From contig NC_083408.1 of assembly GCF_020745735.1 (NCBI RefSeq), positions 100,842,484-100,906,483 of the forward strand: DNA of 64,000 bases, read 5' to 3'. Of this stretch, positions 51,280 through 63,515 are shown piece by piece. The notes beneath the pieces were generated by a model that saw nothing but the letters and a program-made list of their open reading frames with translations, did not search any database and was not told the DNA's origin. This DNA is from Hemiscyllium ocellatum. Lineage: Eukaryota. Each line of letters begins with the position of its first letter. Position 1 is the first letter of the stretch. The position numbers were made by a program, and so were the translations under genes.

Positions 51280-51424
51280 ATGGACCGCTGCATTTTGACT
51301 TTCCTGCTCACCTTTTGTCTTTGTGTGTTGGCCTGGGAACTGAGGTGGAAGAACCTTGGAGAGAAACAGATTAAAGAATGGATCAATGCTAATAATCTTC
51401 TCCAATATAAGGTCTTGTTTGATG
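51280..51424 (+). CDS. AREL1: First coding exon of the divergent gene, probably AREL1 with an N-terminal extension (exon 51095-51424)
   Basis: Strong acceptor tttctttttcgcag and donor G|GTAAGT. Encodes MDRCILTFLLTFCLCVLAWELRWKNLGEKQIKEWINANNLLQYKVLFD. Gene identity rests on synteny (AREL1 is head-to-head with FCF1); no filamin or HECT exons were seen in the window. Confidence 0.55.
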
Positions 51425-51529
51425 GTAAGTCTCGAAGACTCCTTCATCCAGATTCTCTCATTTTTACAAGGCGTGCATGAATAAGAATATAGAACAAATT
51501 TGAGTGAGTTAATCATTAGACCAGCAGAA

Positions 51530-52165
51530 TGAGTTAGATATGCTTGCCTTTATTGGTCAGTGCATTAAATATAGGAGTTGGGATGTCATGTTACTGCTGT
51601 GCAGAAGATTGGTTAGGCTGCTATGGGAATACTGCATGTAAATCTGGCCTCCCTGCTGCAGGAAGGATGTTATGAAACTTAAAAGGATTCAGAAAAGATT
51701 TACAAGTATGTTGCCAGTGTTGGAGAGTTTGAGCTTAGATAGAAACTGAATAGGCTGAGACTATTTTTCCTGGAATGTTGGAGGCTGAGGGGTGACCTTA
51801 TAGATGTTTTTAAAATCATGAAGGGCATGGATAGAGTAAATAGACAATATCTTTTCCACAGTAGGGGGAGTCCAAAACTAGAGGGTATAGGTTTGAGATG
51901 AGAAGGGAAAGATTTAAGAGTCGTAAGGGGAGAAATTTTTTCACACAATGTAGTGCATGTATGGAATGAGCTACTGGAGGAAGTGGTGAAGACTGATGTA
52001 ATTACAACATTTAAAAGACATCTTGATGCGTATATGAATAGGAAGGGTTAGAGGGAACTGAGCCAAATGCTGGCAAATGGGATTTGATTTATTTAGGATA
52101 TCAGGTTGGCATGAGCGAATTGGACTGAAGTGTCTGTTCGTGCTGTATATCTTTATGAATCTAGA
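51530..52165 (+). mobile_element. CR1 LINE 3' fragment (second fragment ~52400-52610)
   Basis: RLRGDLIDVFKIMKG, WNEL and FKRHLD remnants. Confidence 0.8.
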
Positions 52166-54550
52166 TGAGCTGGCACGTTGTAATAGTGACTATTATCTAA
52201 ATGGGAAATAATATCAGGCCAATACTGTACACGTATTGTTGTCAAGGTTAGTAACATTTGGGAATTTGGATTTTTAATTATGTCTAAAATGTGCAGCTTG
52301 TATTTCTAAGAATGTAAATACTAGTTTGAGGTCAAAGTCATGATAGTTCACTGAGATTTTGGTAAAGTTGCATTCAGTGGGTGTATTTCATACACCAGGT
52401 AATGCGTGTATGCAATGAACCACCAGAGAAAGTGGTAGAAACAGGTACAATTACAGCATTTTAAAAGGCACCTGAATGGTTATATGAATAGGGAGGGTTT
52501 AGAAGGATATGAGCCAAATGCTGGCAAACGGGACTAGGTCATATTGGAATATTTGGTCATCATGGACAAGTTGGACCTAAGGGTCTATTTCTGTGATGGA
52601 TGACTCCATGTAAGTACTGAGCAGCATGCCTTTGGAACTAATTGAAGTGTTTTCACATTATATTTTATTACATTTTAGAGAAAATGGACTGGAGACCATA
52701 AGTAGATCAGGTTTTAAGTTCGTAAGTGGAGTTTCACCCTGGGACAAAGACAAATTATTTGTGAAGTTTTCAAGTTATGACAGTCCGTGAAGAAGTTTTC
52801 AAGATATAGGATATAAAAAGAGGTTTAGGCCATCAGAAGTGAAAAGATGGTTTGAGGCGATCAGAACTGAAAAATAATGTAGGCCTTCACAACTGGAAAG
52901 AGTCGATTGAGTTTTTACAGGATGTTTGCAGGAAAGCAGGGTTTTTTTGTTGTGATATTAGTATCTCTCTAAACTGTCTTGTATATATCTTGATATTTTT
53001 ATGTAATAATCTTTGAGTTCTTGTGTTAAAGAACATTGACTGAATGTAGTCATGAGGTTATCAGTAACTAGCATGAGAACCAACTGCAAATCTAAAACTT
53101 ACAATCTGTCAAGCCAGATTTCATTCTGGTATCTGATTTGTCTAGTTTGATGTCAGCTGGGATCATAAGAACATAAATAGTGGTTCACAACATAAGGAAT
53201 AAGTAAATAACAGCAGTTAATGTTTTGAGATTGATGTGATACTTGTTACAGCTGAGAACTTGTGGCTCAGCTTGATGATTTGAGTTGATTTGTTTTGATT
53301 ACTTTTATTTAAAAAGGCATGGAATTATAAATTTAAGTGGTCTAATTATGGAGAGTTTGGCATGTTTAGATTTTTTTTGCTATTTTTGTGAAAAGAGCAA
53401 ACAATGATTTGTATTTGAGTATGCTACGGACAAAAGCAAGATGTTACCTCTGGTTATCTTGTGCTATAATTATTGGACAATGCTGCAATTACAAGAAGTT
53501 GGGATGTTAAATAATCAAATTTCACTTGGTTTGAGTTTTGAAAGGGAGGAGGCTGTGCTCTGGACAACTCAGTTGGCTGCTTGTGATGCACATTTACAGT
53601 GTTATTTCTTGCATTCACCAGTGTCCTTGCATTAGGGTGCAAACACAACTGCTTTTTGATGGGACAATATGTTTGGGAATTTTCTGGGATAAATGTACTC
53701 ATTTAAAAAAAAATTGAGAGCCAGACTTTTGAATTGTTTTGTTGGCATTTTTAGTTACAGTATTTGCCAAGCATACAGTTAATATACATTGAAATCAAAG
53801 TCTGTCTGTAACAGCATTCTGAGGCAGCCAAGGTGGCATGAAGCTACAGTGTTTTTACTGAGCAGTGTACTGAAAATGGCTAGCTAGATCAGCTATGTGG
53901 ATTGACTGGTTTTAAAGTAAGATTGAAAATATGTCAATTGTTTATAATGATTCTAGCTACAACATTAGGCTACAGTTTCCTAGTTGCATGCCAAGTGGCA
54001 TGCCATTGTATTTAAAAATGTACAGCACTTTGAGTGTTCTGAGTTTAATAAAGGAGATCCAGATCTAGCTGCAGAAAAAGTACATAAGGAAGTGCTCCCT
54101 TCTTAGCAAAATAAATTGGATTAGGAATATAGGAACAGGGATAGATCATTTTGTCCTTTGGGACTTGTTCTGCCATTGTGTTCGGGCCTAGCTGATTTGT
54201 ATCCCACCTCAGTTTTCTCTGTGTCCATAATTCCTGTTTTCCAACGAAAATCTACTAATCATATTCTGACATTTTTAAATTAACCTAACCTCGATGATTT
54301 TTTGGGGAATATATTCCAGTTATCTCTGGCAATTTGCATGTGTTTTGTGATTTTATCCGTGAATGGTGTAGCTTTTATTTTGTGGTTCTCTTTAGAAACT
54401 GAAAATGGGAGCAGGAGTAGGTCATTTGGCTTGTTGAACCAAATTTGACATTCAGCATTACATAACATAAATCAAAGAACTGCAGATCTGGAATCTGAAA
54501 CAAACAAAAACAGAAATTGCAGGAGAATCTCCTTCAGATTAGCAGCATCT

Positions 54551-57139
54551 AGAGTCATAGAGATGTACAACATGGAAACAGACCCTTTGTTCCAATCCAT
54601 CCATGCCAACCAGATATCCCAACCTAATCTAGTCCCACCTGCCAGCACCTGGCCCATAACCCTCCAAACCCTTCCTATTCATATACCCATCCAAATGACT
54701 TTTAAATGTTGCAATTGTACCAGCCTCCACAACATCCTCTGGCAGCTCATTCCATACACGCACCACCTCTGTGTGAAAAACTTGCCCCTTACATCTCTTT
54801 TATATCTTTCCCCTCTCACCCTAAACCTATGCCCTCTAGTTCTGGATTTCCCGACTCCAGGGAAAAGACATTGCCTATTTACCCTATCTATGCCCCTCAT
54901 AATTTTGTAAACCTCTATAACATCACCTCAGCCTCTGACGCTCCAGGGAAAACAGCCCCAGCCTTTTTTTAGATTAGATTACTTACAGTGTGGAAACAGG
55001 CCCTTCGGCCCAACAAGTCCACACCGACCCGCCGAAGCGCAACCCACCCATACCCCTTACCTAACACTACGGGAAATTTAGCATAGCCAATTCACCTGAC
55101 CCGCACATCTTTGGACTGTGGGAGGAAACCGGAGCACCCGGAGGAAACCCACGCAGACACGGGGAGAACGTGCAAACTCCACACAGTCAGTCGCCTGAGG
55201 TGGGAATTGAACCCAGGTCCCTGGCGCTGTGAGGCAGCAGTGCTAACCACTGTGCCACCGTGCCTGTTCAGTCTCTCCCTATAGCTCAAAACCTCCAACC
55301 CTGGCAACATCCTTGTAAATCATTTCTGAACCCTTTCAAGCTTCGCAACATCTTTCCGATAGGAGGGAGACCAGAATTACATGCAATATTTCAACAGTGG
55401 CCTAACCAATGTCCTGTCCAGCTGCAACATGACCTCTCAACTCCTGTACTCAATACTCTGACCAATGAAGGAAAGCATACCAAACGCCTTCTTTACTATC
55501 CTATCTACCTGCGACTCTACCTTCAAGGAGCTATGAAGCTGCACTTCAAGGTCTCTTTGTTCAGCAATGCTCCCTAGGACCTTGCCATTAAGTGTATAAG
55601 TCCTGCTAAGATTTGCTTTCCCAAAATGCAGCACTTCGCATTTATCTGAATTAAACTCCATCTGCCACTTCTCAGCCCATTGGCCCATCTGGTCCAGATC
55701 CTGTTGTAATCTGAGGTAACCCTCTTCGCTGTCCAGTGCACCTCCGATTTTGGTGTCATCTGCAAACTTACTAACTGTACCTCTTATGCTCGCATTCAAA
55801 TCATTTATGTAAATGACAAAAAAATAGAGGACCCAGCACCGATCCTTGTGGTACTCCACTGGTCACAGGCCTCCAGTCTGAAAAACAACCCTCCACCACC
55901 ACCACCACCTCTGTCTTCTACCTTTGAGCCAGTTCTGCATGCAAATGGCTAGTTCTCCCTGTATACTGTGAGATCTAACCTTGCTAATCAGTCTCCCATG
56001 GGGAACCTTGTCGAATACCTTACTGAAGTCTATATAGATCACATCTACCACTTTGCCCTCATTAATCCTCTATGTTACTTCCTCAAAAAACTCAATCAAG
56101 TTTGTGAGACATGATTTCCCATGCACAAAAGCCATGTTGACTATCCCTAATCAGTTCTTGCCTTTCCAAATACATGTACATCCTGTCCCTCAGGATTCCC
56201 TCCAACAACTTGCCCACCGCCAACGTCAGGCTCACTGGTCTGTAGTTCCTGGCTTGTCCTTACCACCCTTCTTAAACAGTGGCACCATATTAGCCAACCT
56301 CCAGTCTTCCAGCACGTCACCTGTGACTATCGATGATACAAATATCCCGGTAAGAGGCCCATCAATCACTTCTCTAGCTTCCCACAGTTCGAGGGTACAC
56401 CTGATCCAGGTCCTGGGGATTTATCCACCTTTACCCATTTCAAGACATCCAGCACTTTCTCTTCTGTAATGTAGACATTTTGCAAGATGTCACCATCTGT
56501 TTCCCGACAGTCCATATCTTCCATATCCTTTTCCACAATAAATACTGATACAAAATACTCACTTAGTATCTCCCCCATTTTCTGCGGCTCCACACAAAGG
56601 CCGCCTTACTGATCTTTGAGGGGCCCTATTCTCTCCCTCATTACCCTTTTGTCCTTAATGTATTTGGAAAAACTCTTTGGATTCTCCTTAATTTTATTTG
56701 CCAAAGCTATCTCATGTCCCCTTTTTGCCCTCCTGATTTCCTTCTTAAGTATACTGCTTTATACTCTTCTAAGGATTCACTCGATCTATCCTGTCTATAC
56801 CTTACGTAAGCTTCCTTCTTTTCCTTAACCAAACCTTCAATTTTTTTCAGTCATCCAGCATTCCTTATACCTACCAGCCTTTCCTTTCACCCTGACAGGA
56901 ATATACTTTGTCTGGATTCTCGTTATCTTATTTCTGAAGGCTTCCCATTTTCCAACCGTCCCTTTACCTGCAAATATCTGCCCCCAATCAGCTTTCGTAA
57001 ATTCCTACCTAATACCATCAAAATTGGCCTTTCTCCAATTTAGAACTTCAACTTTTAGATCTGGTCTATCCTTTTCCATCATTATTTTTAATCTAATAGA
57101 ATTATGACCGCTGGCCCCAAAGTGCTCCCCCACTGACAT
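54551..57139 (-). mobile_element. CR1 LINE ORF2 remnant
   Basis: VDVIYIDFSKVFDKVPH, SKFADDTKIGG, WQMEFNSDKCEVLHFG; ctctatgactct tail. Confidence 0.9.
54965..55264 (-). mobile_element. V-SINE inserted in CR1
   Basis: Same structure as 8056-8370. Confidence 0.88.
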
Positions 57140-59232
57140 CTAGCAACTATGGAGAGAAAGCAGAATTTAAGTTTTGAGTCCTGTTCTGACAAATGAACCT
57201 CAAGCAGAAAGGAATTTTTCCTCATGTCCTTACTGATCAATACCATAAAAACAAATTTTCCATGCAATATCACATTGTTTGCGATGTGCAAAATAGCTGC
57301 TGTGTTTACTAAAACACGAACATTTTGAAAAGAACTGGCTGTAAAGTGCTTGAAGTTTGGCTGTAAAAGGCAAGCTTCTGTTTTATAGTCACTGTACAAA
57401 AGTCAGGAGGAGCTCAGTGACTCCATAACCTGTAACCAAGTGACATTTTATTTAATTTTTTAAAAATCTGTTGATGGAGAAGGGACAGCATTTTTTTTTC
57501 TCTAATGTCTTTGGCTACAATGGCAAATTTCCAAGGTTATCAATATTGTGTACAGGGGCAGGGCAGGAAGCCAACTTTTCTCATGCAACTAGCAATGCTA
57601 GTTTTAGTTGACTGGCAGCAAAGCCCAAAGGAAATTGGCACCAATGAAACCTTTTTGTTTTCTGCTTCTCTATGTTTCTAAAACAGTATGGTGATGGAAA
57701 GAAATAATGCTTAACTCCACCGTGACAAGGTTTATTGCTGGTATTTTAGAATGATGGCACCATAAGTGCTTGTTTGTAATGACAAGTAAGTATTTTGTTT
57801 TGAAAGTAACATTTTTATTTACAAATCCTTATAGAATAATTGAAGAGCTGCATATGATAGTGATCTCTGTGTTTCTCAATATCCTATAAGCAATCTGTAA
57901 AACAGGGTCAGACTGCAGATGGATGGAAGTATGCAGCTGCAGTCTGCTCACTGCCCACAATTAAGCAACTGAAGTACTCTATTGTGTTGCATTTTTACTG
58001 TAAATATTTTGATGGTTTCACTTGACAAATGGTCACAGAATTTTATAATTACTGATTCTGCGACCACTGACTTAATTACATTTATCTTTTTCACAAAGTA
58101 GGATTCTTGATTTGACTAGTCACCTTTCTTGAAAGGCATGTGGACAGCTGTTACGTGTCTTTTAACCTTGTCATTTGGCCTTTTTCAATGCGTTTGTCCA
58201 AGAAAAGCTGACAGAATTATTTTCTAGTGCAGTTACTTGATTCCGCTCTACATTTTGATGTTGTGTCCTCTGGTTGTAGGTTGCACCTTTATTGCGAACT
58301 GCACTTGATTTTGTCAGCATCAATTAACAATCCACAGAGAATAAATTAAGAATATGTCTAGAAATAGTGTTGTTAACCAATTGTCCTATTGCGTCAGTTT
58401 TGATGACCTGTTCTAAAATCCCATGAAACCCTGCTGCGATATCTTAATGCTCTGACTTGACAACCTCATTTTCTTGTTAAGAATACCCACTGTGAGCTGT
58501 TTCCTGATACTACAACAGTCATTTGCTAATTGATCATTACTTCTTTCATAAAATAAGCATGTAGCTGCAACTTGTCTTTATATGTGTCTTCAACATTGTT
58601 GTCTCTGTTGCAAAATACCGTGAATTGACAATGAAAACTGGATGACAAACTAGTGAATGAGATTTGAAAAGTGGTCAACGTCAAGTCTGAACTGCTTAGG
58701 CTTGAGGAAATGAAACTGGAAGCACATCAAATTTAACACGATTCAATATACCTTTAACAGGAATTAATGTGTTAGTTGTGGAGGTGAGGAAAAAGGTGAG
58801 CAAATCAATAGTTGCTCAAGTGTAATCATGAATAGCCAAAGACTAGGTATTTAGCATCTTGAAAGCAGTATAATAGAAGATTGTCCCTGAACAATTAAAG
58901 CAGCCGATATCTAAAGTTTAATTAAAGCATCTATTTCAATTTAAGCGTGCCTTTTTTTTAAAACCATTAGGCTACTGTTGACCTATTTTATCTCCAGCAA
59001 AATCTCATTGAGGTTTTTGCTTCTGATGTGTTGCTCAAGTGGGAGAAAGAAAAGGATAATTGATGTACTGTTTCTAGTCTTCCCCATTCTATCTCTTGAA
59101 GTATTTGTTTATTACTTTGCAGTGTCTAGAATAGTAGTCTTGCACTATAAAGGATTCAAAGCCATGGCTCAGTTTATGGCATTTGTGTCTCTCAGTTAAC
59201 AGCGATAGTGAAAGTTTCACTATAGAATTTGA

Positions 59233-60760
59233 TTGCAACAAGCAGGACGTTTCTGTGCTATGCTTGACCTGCTCTTGGGTTTGAATGCTAATATCAAAGA
59301 TTTCCAGACTTACTCCTTCCTAACTGTACGCACAAGTGGAGCAAGACATAGCCCAGGAATGAACAGAGATAACGACTGTAAGTTATGATTCAGTGAGCAG
59401 AAATTTATTATGTTAAACAATTTCAAAGCAAGTTTGTAAGGCTGGAATGAAGCTCGTCTTGGCTAGGACATCCGGGATAATGACCTTGCTCTGGGGTATT
59501 GAGGAAGTACTGTATTGTTAGAGGTGCTCTGTCTCAGAGACTGTATGAAACTGAGACGGTCTTCTCTCTCATGTAAAAGATTCCTTGACATACTTTGAAG
59601 AAGAGCAAGGTCATTATCCCGGATGTCCTAGCCAAGATGAGCTTCATTCCAGCCTTGCAAACTTGCTTTGAAATTGATTGAACGTAATAAATGTTGTGGT
59701 TCTGCTCGCCGAGCTGGAAGTTTTTGCTGCAAATGTTTCGTTCCCTGGCTAGGGAACATCATCAGTGCTGTTGGAGCCTCGTGTGAAGCGCTGCTTTGAT
59801 GTTTCTTCCGGTATTTATATTGGTTTGTTCTTGCCGCTTCCGGGTGTCAGTTTCAGCTGCAGTGATTTGTATGTGGGGTCCAGGTCGATGTGTCTGTTGA
59901 TGGATGTTCTTGCCGTTTCCGGGTGTCAGTTTCAGCTGTAGTGGTTTGTATATGGTGTCCAGGTCCATGTGTCTGTTGATGGAGTTTGGGGATGAATGCC
60001 ATGCTTCTAGGAATTCTCTGGCTGTTCTCTGTCTGGCTTGTCCTATGATAGTGGTGTTTTCCCAGTCAAATTCATGTTGCTGGTTGTCTGAGTGTATGGC
60101 TACTAGAGATAGCTGGTCCAGCTATCTCTAGTAGCCATACACTCAGACAACCAGCAACATGAATTTGACTGGGAAAACACCACTATCATAGGACAAGCCA
60201 GACAGAGAACAGCCAGAGAATTCCTAGAAGCATGGCATTCATCCCCAAACTCCATCAACAGACACATTGACCTGGACACCATATACAAACCACTACAGCT
60301 GAAACTGACACCCGGAAACGGCAAGAACATCCATCAACAGACACATCGACCTGGACCCCACATACAAATCACTGCAGCTGAAACTGACACCCGGAAGCGG
60401 CAAGAACAAACCAATATAAATACCGGAAGAAACATCAAAGCAGCGCTTCACACGAGGCTCCAACAGCACTGATGATGTTCCCTAGCCAGGGAACGAATCG
60501 TTTGCAGCAAAAACTTCCAGCTCGGCGAGCAGAACCACAACAACGGATACCCGAGCTACAAATCTTCAATCAGATTTTAAACGTAATAAATTTCTGCTCA
60601 CTGAATCATAACTTACAGTCATTATCCCTGTTCATTCCTGGCTATGTCTTGCCCCACCTGTGTGTACAGTTAGGAAGGAGTAAGTCGGGAAATCTTTGAT
60701 ATTTGCATTCGAACCCAGGAGCAGGTCAAGCATAGCACAGAAACGTCCTGCTGGTTACAA
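59233..60760. repeat. Older ~260-bp inverted repeat with a Deu-SINE-like loop, split by a PLE
   Basis: 59233-59492 is the reverse complement of 59602-59692 joined to 60592-60760. Confidence 0.85.
59693..60579. mobile_element. Young Poseidon-type PLE palindrome
   Basis: Arms 59693-60116 and 60118-60541, 1-nt spacer, tail 60542-60579, 12-bp TSD aacgtaataaat at 59681-59692 and 60580-60591. Same subfamily as 5121-6638. Confidence 0.92.
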
Positions 60761-60939
60761 CCAGCACCCACCCCTGGGCGGATAAAACACATTTTCCTAT
60801 GTTGAATACCACTTGGATGAAGCATTGAGCATAGCAGTCAGTGGGTGTTTTCAGTGTCCATGGTGAAGATTGACTTTAGTGTCACTAATGACTGAGCTAA
60901 CTGAGTCCTGAAGAACAGGAGAATTACTTTGCTTAGGCA

Positions 60940-61346
60940 TGATTTGGAGATGCCAGTGTTGGACTGTGGTGTACAAAGTTGAAAATCACACGACACCAGG
61001 TTATTGTCCAACAGGTTTAATTGGAAGCACTAGCTTTTGGAGCGCTGCTCCTTCATCAGGTGGTTGTGGAGGACACAATTGTAAGACACAGAATTTATAG
61101 GAAAAGTTTACAGTGTGATGTAACTGAAATTATGCATTGAAAAATAACTTGATTGTTTAAGTTCTCATTTGTTAAGAGTGACCAAGTCTAAGGCAGACTT
61201 TGGGTCGGGCAGCAGCGAAAAGTGGCCGAGCAGACGCTGATAGTTAGGTTCAGTTCCCATAGGACGGGTCTCAACCGGAACCTTGGGTTCATGTCACAAT
61301 TAAACCTGTTGGACTATAACCTGGTGTTGTGTGATTTTTAACTTTG
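60940..61346. mobile_element. Neptune-type PLE inverted pair with internal deletion
   Basis: TSD tgcttaggca at 60930-60939 and 61347-61356; 33-nt tail 60940-60972; - arm carries the hammerhead. Confidence 0.82.
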
Positions 61347-62059
61347 TGCTTAGGCAGGGGTTGAGAGAATCAACACCAATGAGACATGTACTAGAGTTCC
61401 TCTGCCTATTTTGGATTTATTTTCTCATGCAAGTGTTGGTGGAGTTACAAAAATCTGGTCCTGATGGAGATTGTAGGGTTCTGGTTTGCAATCAGTTATT
61501 TGCTGATTTTGGATGGTTCAAATCACCTCCAGATCCCTGGTTGTAGACAGTGGCCTTATTCAGGAATGTGAAATGAAGAAAGCAATAGACAGATGTTCCA
61601 GGGCAAAAGAATCTTTGTGTTTATTTAAATGCAAAAAAGTATAAATACAAGAAAATAAAGATAAATGCAGCTCAGAAATTAACTATATCAAGTAACTATA
61701 TCGAGGGCAATAATTAGATATATCATTAAATTTAGACAGTTTACACTGTTAGAACCTAAACAGCAGTTTAATCACAATCTTTAATCAGGCTTCCTACCTT
61801 TTGGGGTTCCCTGCACCTTCACCACCCACCTTCCTTTTGATGCTAGCTAATTATATAGACTACATGTCCCACTATCTCCCCTCAAATCTGTGTTGTCCAA
61901 TGTGTTTCTGGTGTTTTCTCCTGAAGTTAAGTAGTTCCCTAGTGGTTAAAGTATGTGCGAATGAATTTTGACTGAGGTTGAAGTCCAGTATCTCTGTAAG
62001 CAGCATATTGTCTGTGCTCGGTAGCCCGATTGTAAAAGTTACCCTCAGTCTGTAGATTT

Positions 62060-63161
62060 ACAAAGTTAAAAATTACACAACATCAGGTTACAGTCCAACA
62101 GGTTTATTTGGAAGCATTCGCTTTCGGAGCACTGCTCCTTCATCAGGTGGTTTTGGAGTATAAGATCATAAGACATAGAATTTATAACAAAAGTTGACAG
62201 TGTGATGGAACTGAGATTATGTATTGAAAAAGACTTAGATTGTTTGTTACATCTCATCTTTTAGAATGACCATGTTGGTTTCAATTCTTTCATATGTAAA
62301 TCCTAGAACTTTTTATTTAAAATTACATTCTCATGTGAACTTTAACAATAGGTGTCATGTCGGCTCAGCTAATGCATTGAAGGTGTGAGGTGCCCTGTGT
62401 GAGGCAGGCTGATTCTATTACTGAAAAAGGATTTATAGAATCCTAGATGGATTTATGCAGTTTTTGAGCAAAATAAAATGTAATTCTGCAAGTTCAAATT
62501 CACCCCACAAACTTTTGTGTGTGTGTATGAGTGTGTGTGTGAGTGTAAAAGGGTATAAGTCTGTGAGACTGTGATGTGTATGTATGAGCGGATGAGAGAG
62601 TGTCTGCATTAGTGTATGGATCTGTAGGAGAAAGTATAGTGTAGTGGGGTCACCTGTAATGTGACATGAACCCAAGGTCCCAGTTGAGGCCATCGCCATG
62701 GGTGCCGAACTTGGCTATCAGCCTCTGCTTGGCCACTTTGCATTGTTGCTGTCCTGAAGTCCACCTTGGAGGATGGTCATCCGAAGGTGCGAGGTGGAAT
62801 TTCCAGGGCCGCTGAAGATCTTCCAACTGGGAGGAAACACTTCTGCCTGGTGTTTGTTATGCGGTGTCCATTCATCCGTTGCTCAGTCTCGCCACTGTAT
62901 TACGCCTCAGGGCATCTTTGCCTGCAGCATATGAGATAGACAATGTTGGCTGAGTCACATGAGTACCTGCCACATACATGGTGAGTGGTGAACCCATTTG
63001 TAATGGTGGTATCCATGTTGAGACTCTAACACATTTTGCAGCACCTGTCGTGACAGAGTTGTATGGTGTCGTCCTAAAGCTGGGCAGTTTGATGAGAACA
63101 ATGATCTGTTTGAGTTTGGTGGTTGTTTACAGCCCAGTCTAACATCGGCACCTCCAAATCA
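62060..63161 (-). mobile_element. Neptune-type PLE, - strand body with + strand 33-nt tail
   Basis: TSD tctgtagattt/tctgtagtttt at 62049-62059 and 63162-63172; GIY-YIG remnants; hammerhead near 62112-62140. Confidence 0.82.
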
Positions 63162-63322
63162 TCTGTAGTTTTTGTTTTGGGTTTGGTTCATTGCACTCTT
63201 AGAGTGGAGGTGTAAATTTGATTTCCAGGCTGAACAATAGTCCCAGACTGAAATCATTCTGGCTGTGTGTGTGTTTGTTATAGCCTGAGCTCAGGATTTT
63301 GTCCAATAATTTTAGATATTTT

Positions 63323-63515
63323 GGGTGGCAGTGTGGCTCAGTGGTTAGCACTGCTGCCTCACAATGTCAGGGATCCGGGTTCAATTCCAGCCTCAGGTGA
63401 CTGTCTCTGTGGAGTTTGCAAATGCTCCCTGGGTCTGTGTAGGTTTCCTCTGGGTGCTCCGGTTTCCTCCCACAGTCCAAAGATGTGCAGGTCAGGTGAA
63501 TTGGCTGTGCTATGT
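63323..63515 (+). mobile_element. V-SINE 5' part
   Basis: A/B boxes and V core; interrupted by a CR1 tail. Confidence 0.8.

Noticed and set aside
58761-58795. Micro-exon of the + strand gene
   Set aside because: Splice-like signals are present, but there is no recognisable homology to support it.
60715-60755. Hammerhead in the Deu hairpin arm (agcag...gaaacgtcctgct)
   Set aside because: No CTGANGA core and no stem II.
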